Source of the DNA: Lytechinus pictus
Lineage: Eukaryota
Reading direction: 5' to 3'
DNA length: 64,000 nt
NCBI RefSeq assembly: GCF_037042905.1
Contig: NC_087250.1
Coordinates: 24,492,001 to 24,556,000 of the forward strand
This document shows positions 53,321 through 63,957 of this stretch, one piece after another; within the stretch, counting starts at the first letter, position 1; each line of letters starts with the position of its first letter. Below the pieces are notes generated by a model, which ran no database searches, had not been told where the DNA came from, and was given only the letters and a program-made list of their open reading frames with translations. The position numbers and the translations under genes are program-made.

Positions 53321-53793
53321 GTCAGAGCAGACTATATTTCCATCTGGGATATTCATCTTCTGTGGAACTATTTGCCCGCCATCAATGAACTGTTTGCAGT
53401 TATTTTGAGAGAGGAATTCTCAGTTCTCATCGAGATCATCGACCTGTTCAATGAACGCTTTTCAACCCACAGTTTACTGAAATTGACTGTTAATCATCAT
53501 CAACATCATCTTCACGGACATTTCAACTCGTCACAGTGACTAATTTATTCATCGTGCTTCAACATCAGTTTCATCATCGCCATCATTGTGAACTTTAATT
53601 TACGGAACCTTCGCCAACCAACTTGGATTAAATACTGGACTATCATAACCTTGGGATTATAATCAACACTTCAAGATATGTAAGACCGTTATCATGTATT
53701 TATATTTGTTAATGTGTAATCAATTTCCTGTAATAAAAGAAAAGGAAATCAAATTCAAAACTAAATATTGTTATTTGTTGCAGTGTCGTAACA
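53321..53793 (+). repeat. LTR-like dispersed repeat, copy 2 (intronic)
   Basis: Direct repeat of 31572-32031; ends in GTAACA. Confidence 0.55.
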
Positions 53794-53906
53794 ACTTAAA
53801 CAAAAGTACTGAAGTCGAGCCGAGCACTTTGCTACTCAAACAACTTGTCTCCACGTTTTTCATTAAGTTCGCATTTTATTTAAATTCATAAACTGATTTT
53901 GAATAC

Positions 53907-54166
53907 CGTTCATGACAGTAACTTTCGACGCCTCATTCAAAGATTCCCAGACCATCTTCAATTTCTCATCCGGTTTATCCGATGATATTTGAGATGCTTT
54001 CCACATCGAGAGCATATGGATGTTAGCATCCTTCCTATTGTACAGGGATCGATGCTCGATGTGACGTAATTCCATATCGTCAAATCCCAGTTGCTTGCCA
54101 ATCTCATAGAATTTCTCTTTGTTAATGTGACGGGAAAATTGTAACAGTGTGCTGTCAGGAATCTCT
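53907..54166 (-). CDS. ZU5/UPA-DD gene exon: death domain 2
   Basis: Encodes EIPDSTLLQFSRHINKEKFYEIGKQLGFDDMELRHIE...IHMLSMWKASQ. atacag| and G|gtattc, 260 nt, phase 2-1. Confidence 0.85.
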
Positions 54167-54416
54167 CTGTATTATTGGTTGAAATTATGAATTCACTATT
54201 AGTAATTGAAGCCATCATAAGATACATTAATTTAAAAATAATACAATTGGCATTTATGCTCCATTACTGTAATTTAGAAGACATCTTAAATATTTAACTG
54301 ATTTACTACGAATTTCAGTGTTTTGAATAAAGTCGAAAAGCTCTTTCCATATCCATTTATTGCTGTCGTTTTTTTTTTCATTTGTATATGGTAAAACTTA
54401 AACTAAAGAAACTTAC

Positions 54417-54432
54417 TTAGTCGGGTCCATGT
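54417..54432 (-). CDS. ZU5/UPA-DD gene 16-nt micro-exon
   Basis: tcaag|ACATGGACCCGACTAA|gtaagt with a consensus donor. It converts phase 1 to phase 2, as needed to join the flanking death-domain exons. Confidence 0.6.
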
Positions 54433-54807
54433 CTTGATGAGCGTACACGGTTAAGAGAAGGTGATGACCAAGTAAATTTGCAGAAGAGAGAGAGAAAAAA
54501 AAAATCAGTGAATAAACTTAATCATTGCACGCTTGCTATTCACAAGCATGTATGTTGTTCCTCCTACAAACCTAAATGATCTTAAAAGTACAGATGAGAA
54601 AGTAAAGAATTACGCTGGTCAATTTAAGGAACTTTTTAGTTAAAAAATTGTCAGATATCCGAACTGTCTATTTTTTAACAATATTTGTGGACTTTAGAAA
54701 CGAAGGTGCAATTACAACATGAATCTGGAAGTATTTATTCTGAAACTAGTGAAAGAATATTACTTATCATTCTGAAACCAGTAAAATCCAAAAGCATTAA
54801 CTCAGAC

Positions 54808-55091
54808 CTGGGAGGGTTGTAGTATTTGATAAGCTGAATGATTCCATGAGTGTGATGAGAGCATTCTTTGCTGCTTGGGTAGATGTTTGTCTCCTTCTCC
54901 ATACCACCAGAATGTCATAGACTGCCTGTTCTCTGTCTTTGAATCTCATGTAGTCTACCCTATCCAACTCAGCTATGGTGAAACCAAGAGCTATGCCCAA
55001 ATCATAGAACTGATTTACGTCCATTGTCTGGGCTATTTTTAAGACGTCTATGTCAGATTGTAGGTCACTGTTCTTTACTTCTTCTTTTGTC
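54808..55091 (-). CDS. ZU5/UPA-DD gene exon: death domain 1
   Basis: Encodes DVLKIAQTMDVNQFYDLGIALGFTIAELDRVD...AVYDILVVWRRRQ, a death-fold pattern (LGxxLG, MLxxW). ttcag| and G|gtctga, 284 nt, phase 2-1. Confidence 0.85.
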
Positions 55092-55406
55092 CTGAAAGAT
55101 AGATTGAAATAATGCCTAGTTAAGATATCAAAGAATTGTTGCTCAATTATAATTGAATGCAAATTACATACTACTTTTAATGTGTTGCAATGCACTATTA
55201 TATGCATGACGTGACAACATAATTTTCAAAGCCTTCGCTGAAAAGTGGTCGTTTTGAGAACGTGACAGAAAGTATACGATGAAAATGATTTCGTAACACT
55301 TCCAACCGATTAACTGATATAAAATAAATAGTTTTTTCCCCAAGAAATACTTTTAGCCTACTTGAATAAAATAAAAATCTAACCATTTTAACCGATGGAG
55401 ACATGC

Positions 55407-55452
55407 CTAATGAAGTTTGTCTGTTCAGAGGGAGTTTGGCACTCCGGTCCAT
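55407..55452 (-). CDS. ZU5/UPA-DD gene linker exon with probable GC donor
   Basis: Strong acceptor ttttttag|. Encodes DGPECQTPSEQTNFI. AG|gcatgt gives the phase 2 that the next exon needs. Confidence 0.6.
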
Positions 55453-56323
55453 CTAAAAAAAGAGAGAACATGAAGAGAGGATTAGATATAGAACGAACAT
55501 TTCCTGTGTTTTCTGTTTACAATGAGAAAGCTCTTCTTGTTTTATAATGTGAAAATTACCTTCGGCATTAACATATCATGAATTATGCTTGATGTCCGCT
55601 ATAATGATATATATTTTTGAATACCGTTCATTTACTTAATGAAAATGGTCTCGAAGTAAAACATTGATTGTGTAACGAACTCAGTCATTTTTATGTGAAC
55701 GTGCGTGCACGTGGAGAGAGACGGGTGCAGCGCGCGGCACTTATGTCTGTCGGCCCATTGTTAATGGGGGCAGTTGCAGTTTGTGAGGCCTGGGGAGTGT
55801 TTCATCAACATTTTCATCCGACAAGTTGTCAGATCTGACATCTTTCTCTGATTTTGATTGGCTGAGAGGTACTGTTAATATGGTAACTGTCGGATAAAAT
55901 GAGACTTGTCGGATAAAACGTCCGACAAGTCCTTTCATGAAACGCTCCCCAGGTGTGGGGACATATGTGCCGTGCGCTCCCGAAGATTTTCAGGTGCCCG
56001 TTCTTGTGACAAAGTGTTTTGCATTATTTTAGGAGGGTAAGTTACCCAGCATTAAAGTGTTGTAACCTAAATATTAGCGTGCAGTGTAATCTATACTAGT
56101 TGTGCATATATTCTGTGTTTAATAGCAGAATGACCACGTGAGCACAGTGAGTGAATGACACAACTGATCTAAGTCCTGTCAAAAGTGAGTGGATCGAGAG
56201 AGAAAGGAGAGAGCGAACCCATCACAATATTTATTGAATCCACAAGCAATACTTTTAGTGACTGAAATAAGTTATATAGTTATATGAAATAAAAATTATG
56301 AACTATAAAACATGAAAATATAC

Positions 56324-56486
56324 CTGCATATCTAATAACAAAGGCAATAGATCGTGATGTATCATGCTTTCCAGGCTGTGTAATCGTTAAAGTAATCACT
56401 GCCAAGTTTAAATCGTCTTCACTGGGTGGTACGTATAGCGATATACAATGGCTCATCTTTGCTTGAAGGTCCCCAAGAGAAACGAC
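56324..56486 (-). CDS. ZU5/UPA-DD gene exon (first UPA-like module, end)
   Basis: aaacag|...G|gtatat, 163 nt, phase 0-1. Encodes VVSLGDLQAKMSHCISLYVPPSEDD..., similar to exon 45075-45219 (HTIDISLPPSTDD). Confidence 0.75.
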
Positions 56487-56668
56487 CTGTTTGGAAGAAG
56501 AAGGACAGCAACAGAATAGTGGAATGTATAGATCGCCTAGATTTTGCCAAATCCCCATAAAAAGTATTGTTTAACTTGCTTCGGGATTACTATGCTTACT
56601 AACTAAATGAATTGCAAAGAGCACCTTATTCATTTACGATTATCAAAGAATTTATGACGTTTGATTAC

Positions 56669-56797
56669 CTGGCTTTCAAGATCTACTCCCTCACGATGGC
56701 ATGTAATTGTGACGTCACCAGACTTTGTTTCAAAGCTGAATGGAACCGAGCGATGACATCTATGGTACGACTGTAGCCTCGATTCCTCTTGTATAAC
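56669..56797 (-). CDS. ZU5/UPA-DD gene exon (first UPA-like module, part)
   Basis: gtgtag|...CAG|gtaatc, 129 nt, phase 0-0. Encodes VIQEESRLQSYHRCHRSVPFSFETKSGDVTITCHREGVDLESQ; positional paralog of exon 45517-45651. Confidence 0.7.
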
Positions 56798-57040
56798 CTA
56801 CACGGATTGACATATTCTATTTTTATTTACATTATTTTGTTCGCAAATATGTGGGTACAGATCTGAAAAGTCATTATTTCATACAAACTTTTTCAAAAGA
56901 CAATCCTAAATATAAGTATTTCAACAATCAATTGAAGTCTAAGAAATGCCATTCTCCCTGCAAATATTCATCTCATGCGGGTGGAGATTGACAAATTTAA
57001 ATAATGCCATGTCAAATGTGACATTTAACCACAGATTCGT

Positions 57041-57560
57041 TTAAAGGAGAATGAAACTCTTGGAGCAAGTTAGCTTTTGTGAAAGCAGAAAAATCAAAGA
57101 ATAAGATCAACAAAAGTTTGAGTAAAATAGGACTAGCAATAGAAGAGTTATGAGCATTTGAATGTCGAGATCACTAATGCTATGGAGATCCTCCCATTGG
57201 CAATGCGACCAAGATCTATGATGTCACAGATGAACAACTCTCCCCTTTTGGACACTGAAAATATACCCCAAAACATCTCTTTTTGCTCATTCTAATCATA
57301 TGACAAAAGATTCATCAATGATATAATGTTGTGAAACCTCTGTACTTGTCCTCTCGTAAAGAGAACACCTCACCTTGTGATAGACTATAAAAGTGAGAAT
57401 ATAAGTTAAATAAGTACTTAAGTAATGAAGGAGTTGTACGTGTGTGACATCACAGATCCTGGTCACATTGCCAATGGGAGGATCTACATTGCATCAAAAT
57501 TTCTTTGATTTTTCTCTTTGATATGGATTCAGCTGGTTTCAAGGGTTTCATTTTCCTTTC
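57041..57560. mobile_element. TTAA-type MITE, family C
   Basis: Same sequence as 35641-36232, with a deletion in the right arm. Confidence 0.85.
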
Positions 57561-57644
57561 AGAATCATAACGTTTTCAAAGCAGTTGTGAAATAGTAAAT
57601 GACCGAGAAGTATTCTGGAGCGATGTTGCTTACACGGGGACATC

Positions 57645-57768
57645 CCGATAGACCGCGGGTCCGATAGACCGCGGGTCCGTTAGACCGCGGGTACGATAGA
57701 CCGCGGGTCCGATAGACCGCGGGTCCGATAGTCCGCGGGTCCGATAGACCACGGGTCCGATAGTCCGC
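57645..57768 (+). repeat. 16-bp minisatellite (CCGATAGACCGCGGGT), about 7.5 copies
   Basis: Directly visible tandem array. Confidence 0.9.
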
Positions 57769-57914
57769 AGTGTGTGTAAAATTATGATCAGATATATCAA
57801 ATGTCATCGAGAGGTCCAAAGGTCAAATGATACGAGGCCATGGGGTTCTATCAGGTGCGGATCCATGGAGGGCCTAGGGGGAACTGCCTCACCCCCTCCC
57901 CCCACCCCCAGCTC

Positions 57915-58620
57915 AAAAAAAAGAGGGGGGAAGAGGGGAAAAGGGAGAGAATAAAAAAAGAAAGAGGAAGATGGGAAAAGAAGAGAATAGAAAAGAGAGT
58001 AAGAAGGAGAAAGGAAGAGAAGAAAAAGGGGAAAGGAAAGACAAAGAAAAAAGGAGAAGAAAAGGGGAAAGAAGAGGGGAAAAAGAGGAGGGAAAAGGAA
58101 GAGAAGAAAAGAAAGGAGAAAGAAAAAGGAGGAAAAAGAAGAGGAAAGAAGAGAAGAATATTTAAATAGAGAGGAAGATGGGAAGAAATATAAGAAAAAA
58201 GAGAGAAAGAGGAAGAGGGGAAGAAGAGAAGAAAGAGAGAGAGGGAGGAAGGGGAGAGAGAGAAGAAAAAAATATTAAAAGAGAAAAAAGGGAGAAGGAA
58301 AGAAAAAGAAAAAGGGAGAAGTAAAGGGGAAAAGAAAAAAAAGTGGAAGAGGGAAAAGAAAAGAACGGAGTAAGGAAAAGGGGGAAAAGAAGAAGAAAAA
58401 AGAGCGAGAGTAAGTGGGAAGAGAGGAAAAACGAGAAAAGAGGGAAAGAAAAGACAGCAAAAAGAGAAGAAAAGGGGGAAAGAAAAGATGGGGGAAAGAG
58501 AAGAAAGGGGGAAAAGAAGAGGGGGAAAGAAAGAGAGAAAGAAAGAGAAAGGAAGGAAGGGGAATGAGGATAAAAGAAAGAAAAAAGAAAGAAAAGGAGA
58601 TGGGAAACGGAAGAGGGAGA
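57915..58620 (+). repeat. About 700-bp polypurine (A/G) low-complexity tract
   Basis: Almost no pyrimidines on the + strand. Confidence 0.9.
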
Positions 58621-59069
58621 TGTTGACCTGGACGTCGATTTGATGGCGCCAAAATGACGTTCGAACTATGGGGCGCCGAATTGATGTTCGATCTAGCGGG
58701 GCACCAAATTGATGTTCGAACTAGGGGAGCGCTAATTTGAATTTTGACCATAATGCGACAAATACATGTTTCAGAGAGGGGAGGGAGGGCAAAGTTATAT
58801 TTCACATGATGGGGGCGCCAAGTTTATGTTCAACCGAGGGCGCCAAATTGACCTTGAACTTAGAGGGCTTCATGCAAATTCATTTTCGACCGGGGACGCA
58901 ACATTGCCTGTTTATAGTAAAAATATATGTCCTGCCAAAAAACTTCAATTAATGCGGCTGAATTAAAATATCCCGTTTTTACGATAACAGAAAAAAAAAT
59001 GTTTTCGAGTTTTAAGTCTGTTTAGCGAGATAGATACCCTGTTCAGGGTCACAAAAAAGGGTTATTGTC

Positions 59070-61210
59070 AAATTCAGCTCGCGCTACGCGCTCGCAATAT
59101 TTGATTAATGAGGTATGCATCCTCTGCTTCAATCCCACATGTAAGTGTTAGTGTTTTTCAAGTCAACATACCTAGGTCGATCCAGGGGGCAAAGATTTTG
59201 CCCCCCCCCCCCATGGTGGCGCAAAAAGGGGTAAGAAACAGAAAAATGGAAGAGAAAAGGACAAGCAATTAGAATAGGAATTATACCTTAGTCCTTCTTA
59301 AGTCAGTATATAAATACAGCTCAATAGGCTGATATGTAGTTTAAAATATCAAGTTTTGATATCAATATACAAAACATAATTCAGCTCGGACATCGATCTT
59401 TCATTATTTTGTTTTATTTACCAATTTATGTTTTAAGTGCTCTGGAAAATGTCCGTTTTATGGTTTGAATCAACATTTGCAACATTTTGTGCGCTCGCAC
59501 TATATGCCAAGTAGGCCTATGTATTGTCTTTTTATATTTCATATAAGATTCTCTAAATATACCTTTTCAGGTGTCTCGATTATAAAAAAAAAAAAAAGGC
59601 CTATGAGCTAGCGCTGTGCGCTCGCGTTTTGATTGGTGAGTTATGTATACCTATATATTAATTTTATAACAAACTACTTAAATCCCCCCATTAAAAGAAA
59701 AATCCGGATCGCGATTTGCGCTCGCATTATTTGCTAAAAATATATCAACCAATGAATCCTATTCATGATTATAAAAATACTTAAAATATCCAGTTTTCAG
59801 GCCTCATGCACTGTCAACAAATTTCACACACTCATTAGGCTTAACAGATTAATTAATATGAAATAAAATTTGTATAAATTCATTATAACTAAATTGTCCC
59901 TTTTTCAGAAATAAATTTTTAGGAAAACAAAGAGAAGATAGTCATCATTCTTATCTGATGACAAAATGTCCTTAGGCCTAAAATGTCTCGATCCTAGGTC
60001 AAATAAATAATAAAATATCAGCTCGCGCTTCGCGCTCGCATTATTTATATAGTGCTATCAAATTTCCCTATATACACAGTGCTGTAAACAGTGCTTAAAT
60101 TGACCCTTTTCATATCGGAATTTCAAATATTATTTTCAGCTCGGGCTCTGCGCTCGCATTATTGATTTCTATGATGAAAAATGAAATGTATTCAGATTGC
60201 CAGGATTCTGTCTAACTCTAAAACACGCGCACGCATGTTTTTAGGATACAAAGCTTGATCTTATTCAAAACGTGCTAAAATTATCCAGTTTCGAATCAGA
60301 ATATCAAAAAAAAAATGCTCGCGCTTTGCGCTCGCATTATTATTGTAGGAAGATACCAAAAATTACCCATCCTTTTTCATGATTGACAAACATGAATCGA
60401 ATGTCCCATTGGGGGATTTGAAATCTCATCTTTTTAGGTTGGAATATCAAAAATGTTCAGCTCGCACTTCGCGCTCGCATTATTTAATCGTTGAAATATG
60501 TATCGTCTTAATGGCTAACTGCAAAACATCCTTAACATGTCCCTTTTCGACCAGGCCAGAACGAATATTTAACATTTCTGCTCGGCTTCGCGCTCGTGGT
60601 AATTATCTAGTTATATACGCTGTTCAGGTTCACAAACATTGCCCAAAATGTTCAATTTTCAGGACAAAATACATGAAATTTCATTTTTAGATTACATAGG
60701 GCTTAAGAGATTATTACACATTTATGTTGCTTATAAAGTAAAGCTAGGAAATGACTGTTAGGACATGGGTGTTTTGCCCCCCCCCCCAAAAAAAAAAAAA
60801 AAAAAAAAAAGAAGAGAGAATCAAAAAATAGAGAGAAAAGGAAAGGGATAAGGATGAAATATAATATTATTTTCCAAATATTATGTCAAAATCTATCACA
60901 ACCTTGTATTTTTGTAATAAAAATGTCAGCATATTTGCTTGCTCGCTTCGCTCACTGGCAACTTCTTATTAATTTTATGCGATACACCATATCGAGCCCC
61001 CTCGAAATTGTTGGCTCATTACGGCACTGGGACAACCCCTTCAAAGAAACAAAAAAAAAATCAACTTTGAGCGGCCGATCGGGGAAAATATGGGTGAAAA
61101 AATAGCCCCTCCCCCTAATGGCGGAAGCTGGGTCCGCCCCTGACTTAGGCTTTCAGGATATAATACATGAGAAATCTATAAAAAAAAAAATCAGATCGCG
61201 CTTCGCGTTC
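59070..61210 (-). repeat. Dispersed repeat family with periodic TGCGAGCGCGAAGCGCGAGCTGAA motifs
   Basis: The motif recurs about every 60-150 bp. 59340-60180 is an inverted homolog of about 38680-39720. The same family occurs at 11430-12070 and 17740-19500. Confidence 0.75.
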
Positions 61211-62224
61211 TCATTATTTATTTAGGCCTTGTGAGAATTTAAGAATTTAAGAATGAAATATCATATTTTCTTTGACGTCTACCCCCTCCCATTTCATTTA
61301 TTTTTTTTAACTTGGTGCCCTCGCCACCCATCCCCCCCCCCCGTGCACCCATGCTGAATAAATACGCCAGCAGCATAGAATATACCCTACTGAAGGTGTT
61401 AATTACTTCTTCCGGTAAACAATAGGGAAGCGGAAATTGGTTAATTAGTGTGACTTCCGGTGACAATAAGGAAGCGGATCTTCGTTAATAAGACATCATT
61501 CCGATGACATCCTGTAAACAATAGGAATGTGGATATTCGTTAATGATGCATCCTCCCAGTGTCTTCCTTTATCCGGAAGCACATTCTTTTGTTCTAAAAT
61601 CATTCATGGAGCAAGGGGGGGGGTCACTGAGCCATATACCTGGGGATCTGGGGATTAGCCACTTGGTTTCCTTGAGCAGGATAATCAGACATGTATTTGT
61701 CTGTGAAGGTCTGAGTATATACAATATGATCAATGAATTACATTCTGATATTTCTTTGGACACACCCACCTTATTAGATAGAACCTGATTGGTCATTTGG
61801 TTTGACGATTTTAGAGTGGAATATATGTCAGTGATAAAGGGCATGATGCGCATGCATTCCTTTTCACTTTTAGACCAGTTTTTTTCCCTGTTTTTCATTT
61901 TTATTCTTGTTCTATATTAGTGATTCAATTCAATTGCTGGTATATTATTCTTGATTTTATTCGATAAAATAATCTACATATTGTTTCATACTTCAGATTT
62001 GAATTTAGTTTGTTTGGTTCATTATTATAAAGTAGACGCCCTCTCCCCCCCCCCCCCCCGCTGTTTTGTCATTACCACTTGGTAGTTGCGTTATGTGCTA
62101 TCTACAAACCATTCCTATTTATTGGGGAGGGTGTGGTAGATGGGGTAGGGTGGAACTGGTGGGTCTATTTAAAGATTGATAGCTGAGATGTTGATGTATT
62201 TCAGATTTTGTATAATAACATAAT

Positions 62225-62490
62225 TCAATAATGATAACAATAATAGTTACATTTATGTAGCGCTTCATACGTTGGTTTCTAAGCATTTTACATATGTCAT
62301 TATTATCACCCTGGTCATAGGATCCACCACTGTTCCACACACAAAGTGCACCATCTCCACTCTCTGTGAGCATCCTGGCCAGGCAACCATTTATCGGTTC
62401 ACACATGCCAAGCTAATCGCATTGACGTTCACATCCTATCGCGTACCCATTTAACACCTGGGTCGAGAATTGCAAAGTGTGGATTGTATG
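62225..62490 (-). mobile_element. SINE, 5'-truncated, same core family
   Basis: GTACCCATTTAACACCTGGGTCGAG is the inverse of the core at about 14080. The AGCGCTACATAAAT plus (TTA)-like tail is present. Confidence 0.7.
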
Positions 62491-62702
62491 TAGCTAGATA
62501 GTTCTACTTGTGAAAATTTGAAGTTTCCACCCTTGGTAGACGTAGGTACTGCAATATCAAACAAATGTACAACATAATTAAAGTGAACAGTATTTTTTTT
62601 TTCAATGCACATAAACATACAGACATTACAATCATCATTACTGTCAGTATTTTCTTTCACAGAGTTCGTTTATGATCAATCTGAATCTTATGCATCGTTG
62701 CC

Positions 62703-63389
62703 TCACTTGCCACCATCTTCGGTATCATCTGTTTCTCCTTCACTGCTGTCTTCATCCTGGTATTGGAATAATCCCTCAAATTTTGTCTTATGTCTGGCTA
62801 CTACACGGCGAATGGCTTTCCACTTCTTCATGCCATTTTCTACTTTCTTCATGATGTCAGAAAGGATTTCGTAATTGGTGTCATCATCTTCAAGGTACAA
62901 GCTCTGTCGCAAGAAGTTAGAGTAGTGGTCAAAGAAGATTCGTTTAACAGCCCATAGAACTTTCACATGGGCTTTTTCTTTAGCATCATTATCACTCATA
63001 CCATTGGAGATATACTTTTTGTATTTTTCATTCCTCGACTCCTCAGTTGCTATCATGGCCATTTCTAACCATTCATGGTAAGCCTGGTTATCTTCAAGTT
63101 CTCCTGTCTCGTCCATCTCTGAATTCATTGATTCTTCCTCTCCTCCACTTTCCGAGTCCTCGGATGGTGCATTGCCGTCATGGATAGCCTCCGCAACTCG
63201 GTGCTTTTTAGATGGAGGTTCATACTGAGAATCATCTTCGCTATCCTCTTTTTCGTATTCAGTGTCTTCGTGGTCTTCCATTTTGGGGTGTACAATCTGT
63301 TCGTGCCTCTTGAGATCAAATTTTCGACCATATGATTTATTACACAGTGAACAACTGTAGCGCTTGGACATGAAACTATTCATGTTCAT
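62703..63389 (-). CDS. Intronless C2H2 zinc-finger, acidic, helical C-terminal protein (228 aa); possibly Maverick/Polinton- or virus-associated
   Basis: YSCSLCNKSYGRKFDLKRHEQIVH is a C2H2 finger, followed by an acidic tract with an NLS-like PPSKKHR and a charged helical C-terminus. The start was moved from the GTG at 63446 to the first ATG. The mobile-element association is from recollection only. Confidence 0.75.
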   Translation of the reverse strand: MNMNSFMSKRYSCSLCNKSYGRKFDLKRHEQIVHPKMEDHEDTEYEKEDSEDDSQYEPPSKKHRVAEAIHDGNAPSEDSESGGEEESMNSEMDETGELEDNQAYHEWLEMAMIATEESRNEKYKKYISNGMSDNDAKEKAHVKVLWAVKRIFFDHYSNFLRQSLYLEDDDTNYEILSDIMKKVENGMKKWKAIRRVVARHKTKFEGLFQYQDEDSSEGETDDTEDGGK

Positions 63390-63443
63390 TCGTTGAAGTT
63401 CCGTTTGCAAATGACACAGAGCAACTGAATCTTCATACTTGTA

Positions 63444-63675
63444 CACTCTAAATTACAGGGATTTAAAACAAGTCCACATGGACTGTAGTTAGGGACCAAT
63501 CGAATTCCGGATTTAGTTTGAATCCTTAAGATTCATTTTTAAATCTCGAAAGATTTAAATTTAAATCATTTGAGATATAAATTTAAGTCGTTAGGATTAA
63601 AACTAAATTCAGAAATCGATTGGTCCCTAGCTACAGTCCATCTGGACTTATTTTAAATCCCTGTAATTTAGAGTG
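63444..63675. mobile_element. Palindromic MITE with CACTCTAAA termini and TA duplication (CACTA/EnSpm-like)
   Basis: ta|cactctaaattacaggg...ccctgtaatttagagtg|ta. It is absent from the opposite palindrome arm (empty site ctgTAcaag at 63901-63909). Confidence 0.8.
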
Positions 63676-63957
63676 TACAGATCGCATTGCCGCAAATAAA
63701 CATGGCGTTTACGCCGTAACGCCGTTGACGGCGCTCGGGATGCATTGATACGGCGTAAACGCCGTTTTTATTTGCGGCAATGCGATCTGTACGAGTCTGA
63801 AGATTCAGTTGCTCTTTGACGCCGTAGCAATGCATCCCGAGCGCCGTCAACGGCGTTACGGCGTAAACGCCGCTTTTATTTTTATTTGCGGCAATGCGAT
63901 CTGTACAAGTATGAAGATTCAGTTGCTCTGTGTCATTTGCAAACGGAACTTCAACGA

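Larger units (their letters stand above)
43979..56797 (-). other. Gene span, 5'-incomplete: multi-death-domain ZU5/UPA protein (UNC5/PIDD/ankyrin-type module), 15 exons, frameshifted (possible pseudogene or assembly indel)
   Basis: Fifteen phase-compatible exons total 2716 nt, which is 905 codons plus one extra base in the ZU5 exon. They encode five death-domain-like segments, one ZU5 and two UPA-like segments. Confidence 0.8.

Noticed and set aside
57840..58805. Lys/Glu/Arg-rich and Phe/Leu-rich ORFs
   Set aside because: Artefacts of the polypurine tract. The same applies at 19536-19873 and 21402-21806.
59070..61210. CRISPR-like repeat-spacer appearance
   Set aside because: Eukaryotic context, degenerate repeats, irregular and mutually related spacers, and no cas genes.
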